Shown: one piece after another, positions 63,357 through 64,000 of the stretch
Layout: each line of letters opens with the position of its first letter
Numbering within the stretch: position 1 is the first letter of the stretch
Assembly (NCBI GenBank): GCA_963736935.1
Contig: CAVTQX010000004.1
Span: forward strand, 11,838 to 75,837
Source: an uncultured Gaiellaceae bacterium
GTDB taxonomy: Bacteria; Actinomycetota; Thermoleophilia; Gaiellales; Gaiellaceae
Direction of reading: 5' to 3'
Length of the DNA: 64,000 nt
The notes under the pieces: generated by a model
What the model saw: the letters and a program-made list of their open reading frames with translations, nothing else
The model's database searches: none
What the model was told of the DNA's origin: nothing
Translations under genes and position numbers: made by a program

Positions 63357-64000
63357 GTGCTCGAGGCCGTGCCCAACGTCTCGGAGGCCCGGGACGCCGG
63401 CATCGTCGGCGCCATCGGTGAGGCGTTCGAGCGACACGCCACGCTGCTCGACGTCCACTCCGACGCAGATCACCAGCGGTCGGTCTACACGCTCGTCGGC
63501 GACGAGCACGCGCTGGTCGAATCGCTTCTCGCCGGGATCCGCGTCGCCGTCGAGCGCATCGACCTGCGCGAGCACGTGGGGGTTCATCCGCGCATCGGTG
63601 TCGCCGACGTCGTGCCGCTCGTGCCGCTCGAGCCGTCGGACCTCGGGCGAGCGGTCTCCGCGGCGCATGCGCTCGCACGACGGATCGGCGACGAGCTTCG
63701 GCTGCCGGTGTTTCTCTACGGCGACGCGGCGGACGGCCGTCGGCCGGTCTTCTTCCGCCGCGGCGGCCTCGAGGAGCTCACGCGGCGAGTGAACGTCGGG
63801 GAGCTCGTCCCGGACGCCGGCCCGCATGAGATCGATCCCAGGTCCGGCGGCGTCCTCGTCGGTGCGCGACACGCGCTGATCGCGTACAACCTCGACCTCG
63901 CGACGGAGGACCTCGACGTCGCCAGCGCCGTCGCCGTCGCCGTCCGAGGATCGAGTGGAGGGATGCCCGGCGTCCAGGCGATCGGTCTGCGCCTCCCGCG
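63357..64000 (+). CDS. glutamate formimidoyltransferase (5' part; runs off the window)
   Basis: Not in the ORF track because no stop is reached. Manual translation: VLEAVPNVSEARDAGIVGAIGEAFERHATLLDVHSDADHQRSVYTLVG ... HPRIGVADVVPLVPL ... LPVFLYG ... GARHALIAYNLDL, matching the formiminotransferase N-terminal pattern (VPNxSEGR, DxDHNR). Confidence 0.8.
   Translation, partial: MLEAVPNVSEARDAGIVGAIGEAFERHATLLDVHSDADHQRSVYTLVGDEHALVESLLAGIRVAVERIDLREHVGVHPRIGVADVVPLVPLEPSDLGRAVSAAHALARRIGDELRLPVFLYGDAADGRRPVFFRRGGLEELTRRVNVGELVPDAGPHEIDPRSGGVLVGARHALIAYNLDLATEDLDVASAVAVAVRGSSGGMPGVQAIGLRLP

Overview
High-GC (~70% by eye), very compact chromosomal segment that looks actinobacterial. The lineage call is inference from three things: a complete dcw cluster (mraZ-rsmH-ftsL-ftsI-murE-murF-mraY-murD-ftsW-murG-murC-murB-ftsQ-ftsZ) without ftsA, a fused SecDF, and a fused PafBC-like WYL regulator. 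Left to right: a decayed IS110-family element (1-1.6 kb) abutting a probably truncated exported-protein gene; a PafBC-like regulator; an aldehyde dehydrogenase followed by a Zn-ribbon/SPOR gene pair; thiolase and 3-hydroxyacyl-CoA dehydrogenase; a ChaA-like antiporter; a two-component system; queA-tgt-yajC-secDF; an ABC1/UbiB-type kinase; an orphan OmpR-type regulator with a degenerate receiver; an ECF sigma factor translationally coupled to ogt; a PfkB kinase; the 14.6-kb dcw cluster (24.3-39.0 kb), followed directly by gcvT-gcvH-gcvPA-gcvPB; a VOC protein; a frameshifted rlmN; threonine aldolase; a CAX antiporter; a Cys-rich orphan; nfo; gltX; a frameshifted Ig-repeat exported protein; a ~4.6-kb lower-GC accessory/gene-decay tract (51.4-56.05 kb) ending at tRNA-Glu; then a lytic-transglycosylase-like protein, a sugar-phosphate isomerase, a CBS protein, tRNA-Gln, an HD hydrolase, two ABC exporter half-transporters and the 5' part of a formimidoyltransferase gene. 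I saw no rRNA, CRISPR array, prophage, integrase, or recognisable defence or biosynthetic cluster. I did not find a convincing new multi-gene system. The most notable sequence-level signals are: (i) a TANNNT hexamer 6-9 nt upstream of the start codon of 18 operon-leading genes, including four 20-27 bp divergent intergenic regions where the two -10 hexamers overlap, which suggests leaderless bidirectional promoters; (ii) four 10-bp-phased GTGGNG boxes upstream of mraZ; (iii) an unusual density of single-nucleotide frame disruptions (IS transposase x4, rlmN, Ig-repeat gene, NTF2-like gene); (iv) the ECF sigma-ogt couple and the pseudo-receiver regulator; (v) the SD-using, lower-GC accessory tract next to tRNA-Glu. 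All coordinates, motifs and translations were read by eye; no searches or computations were run.
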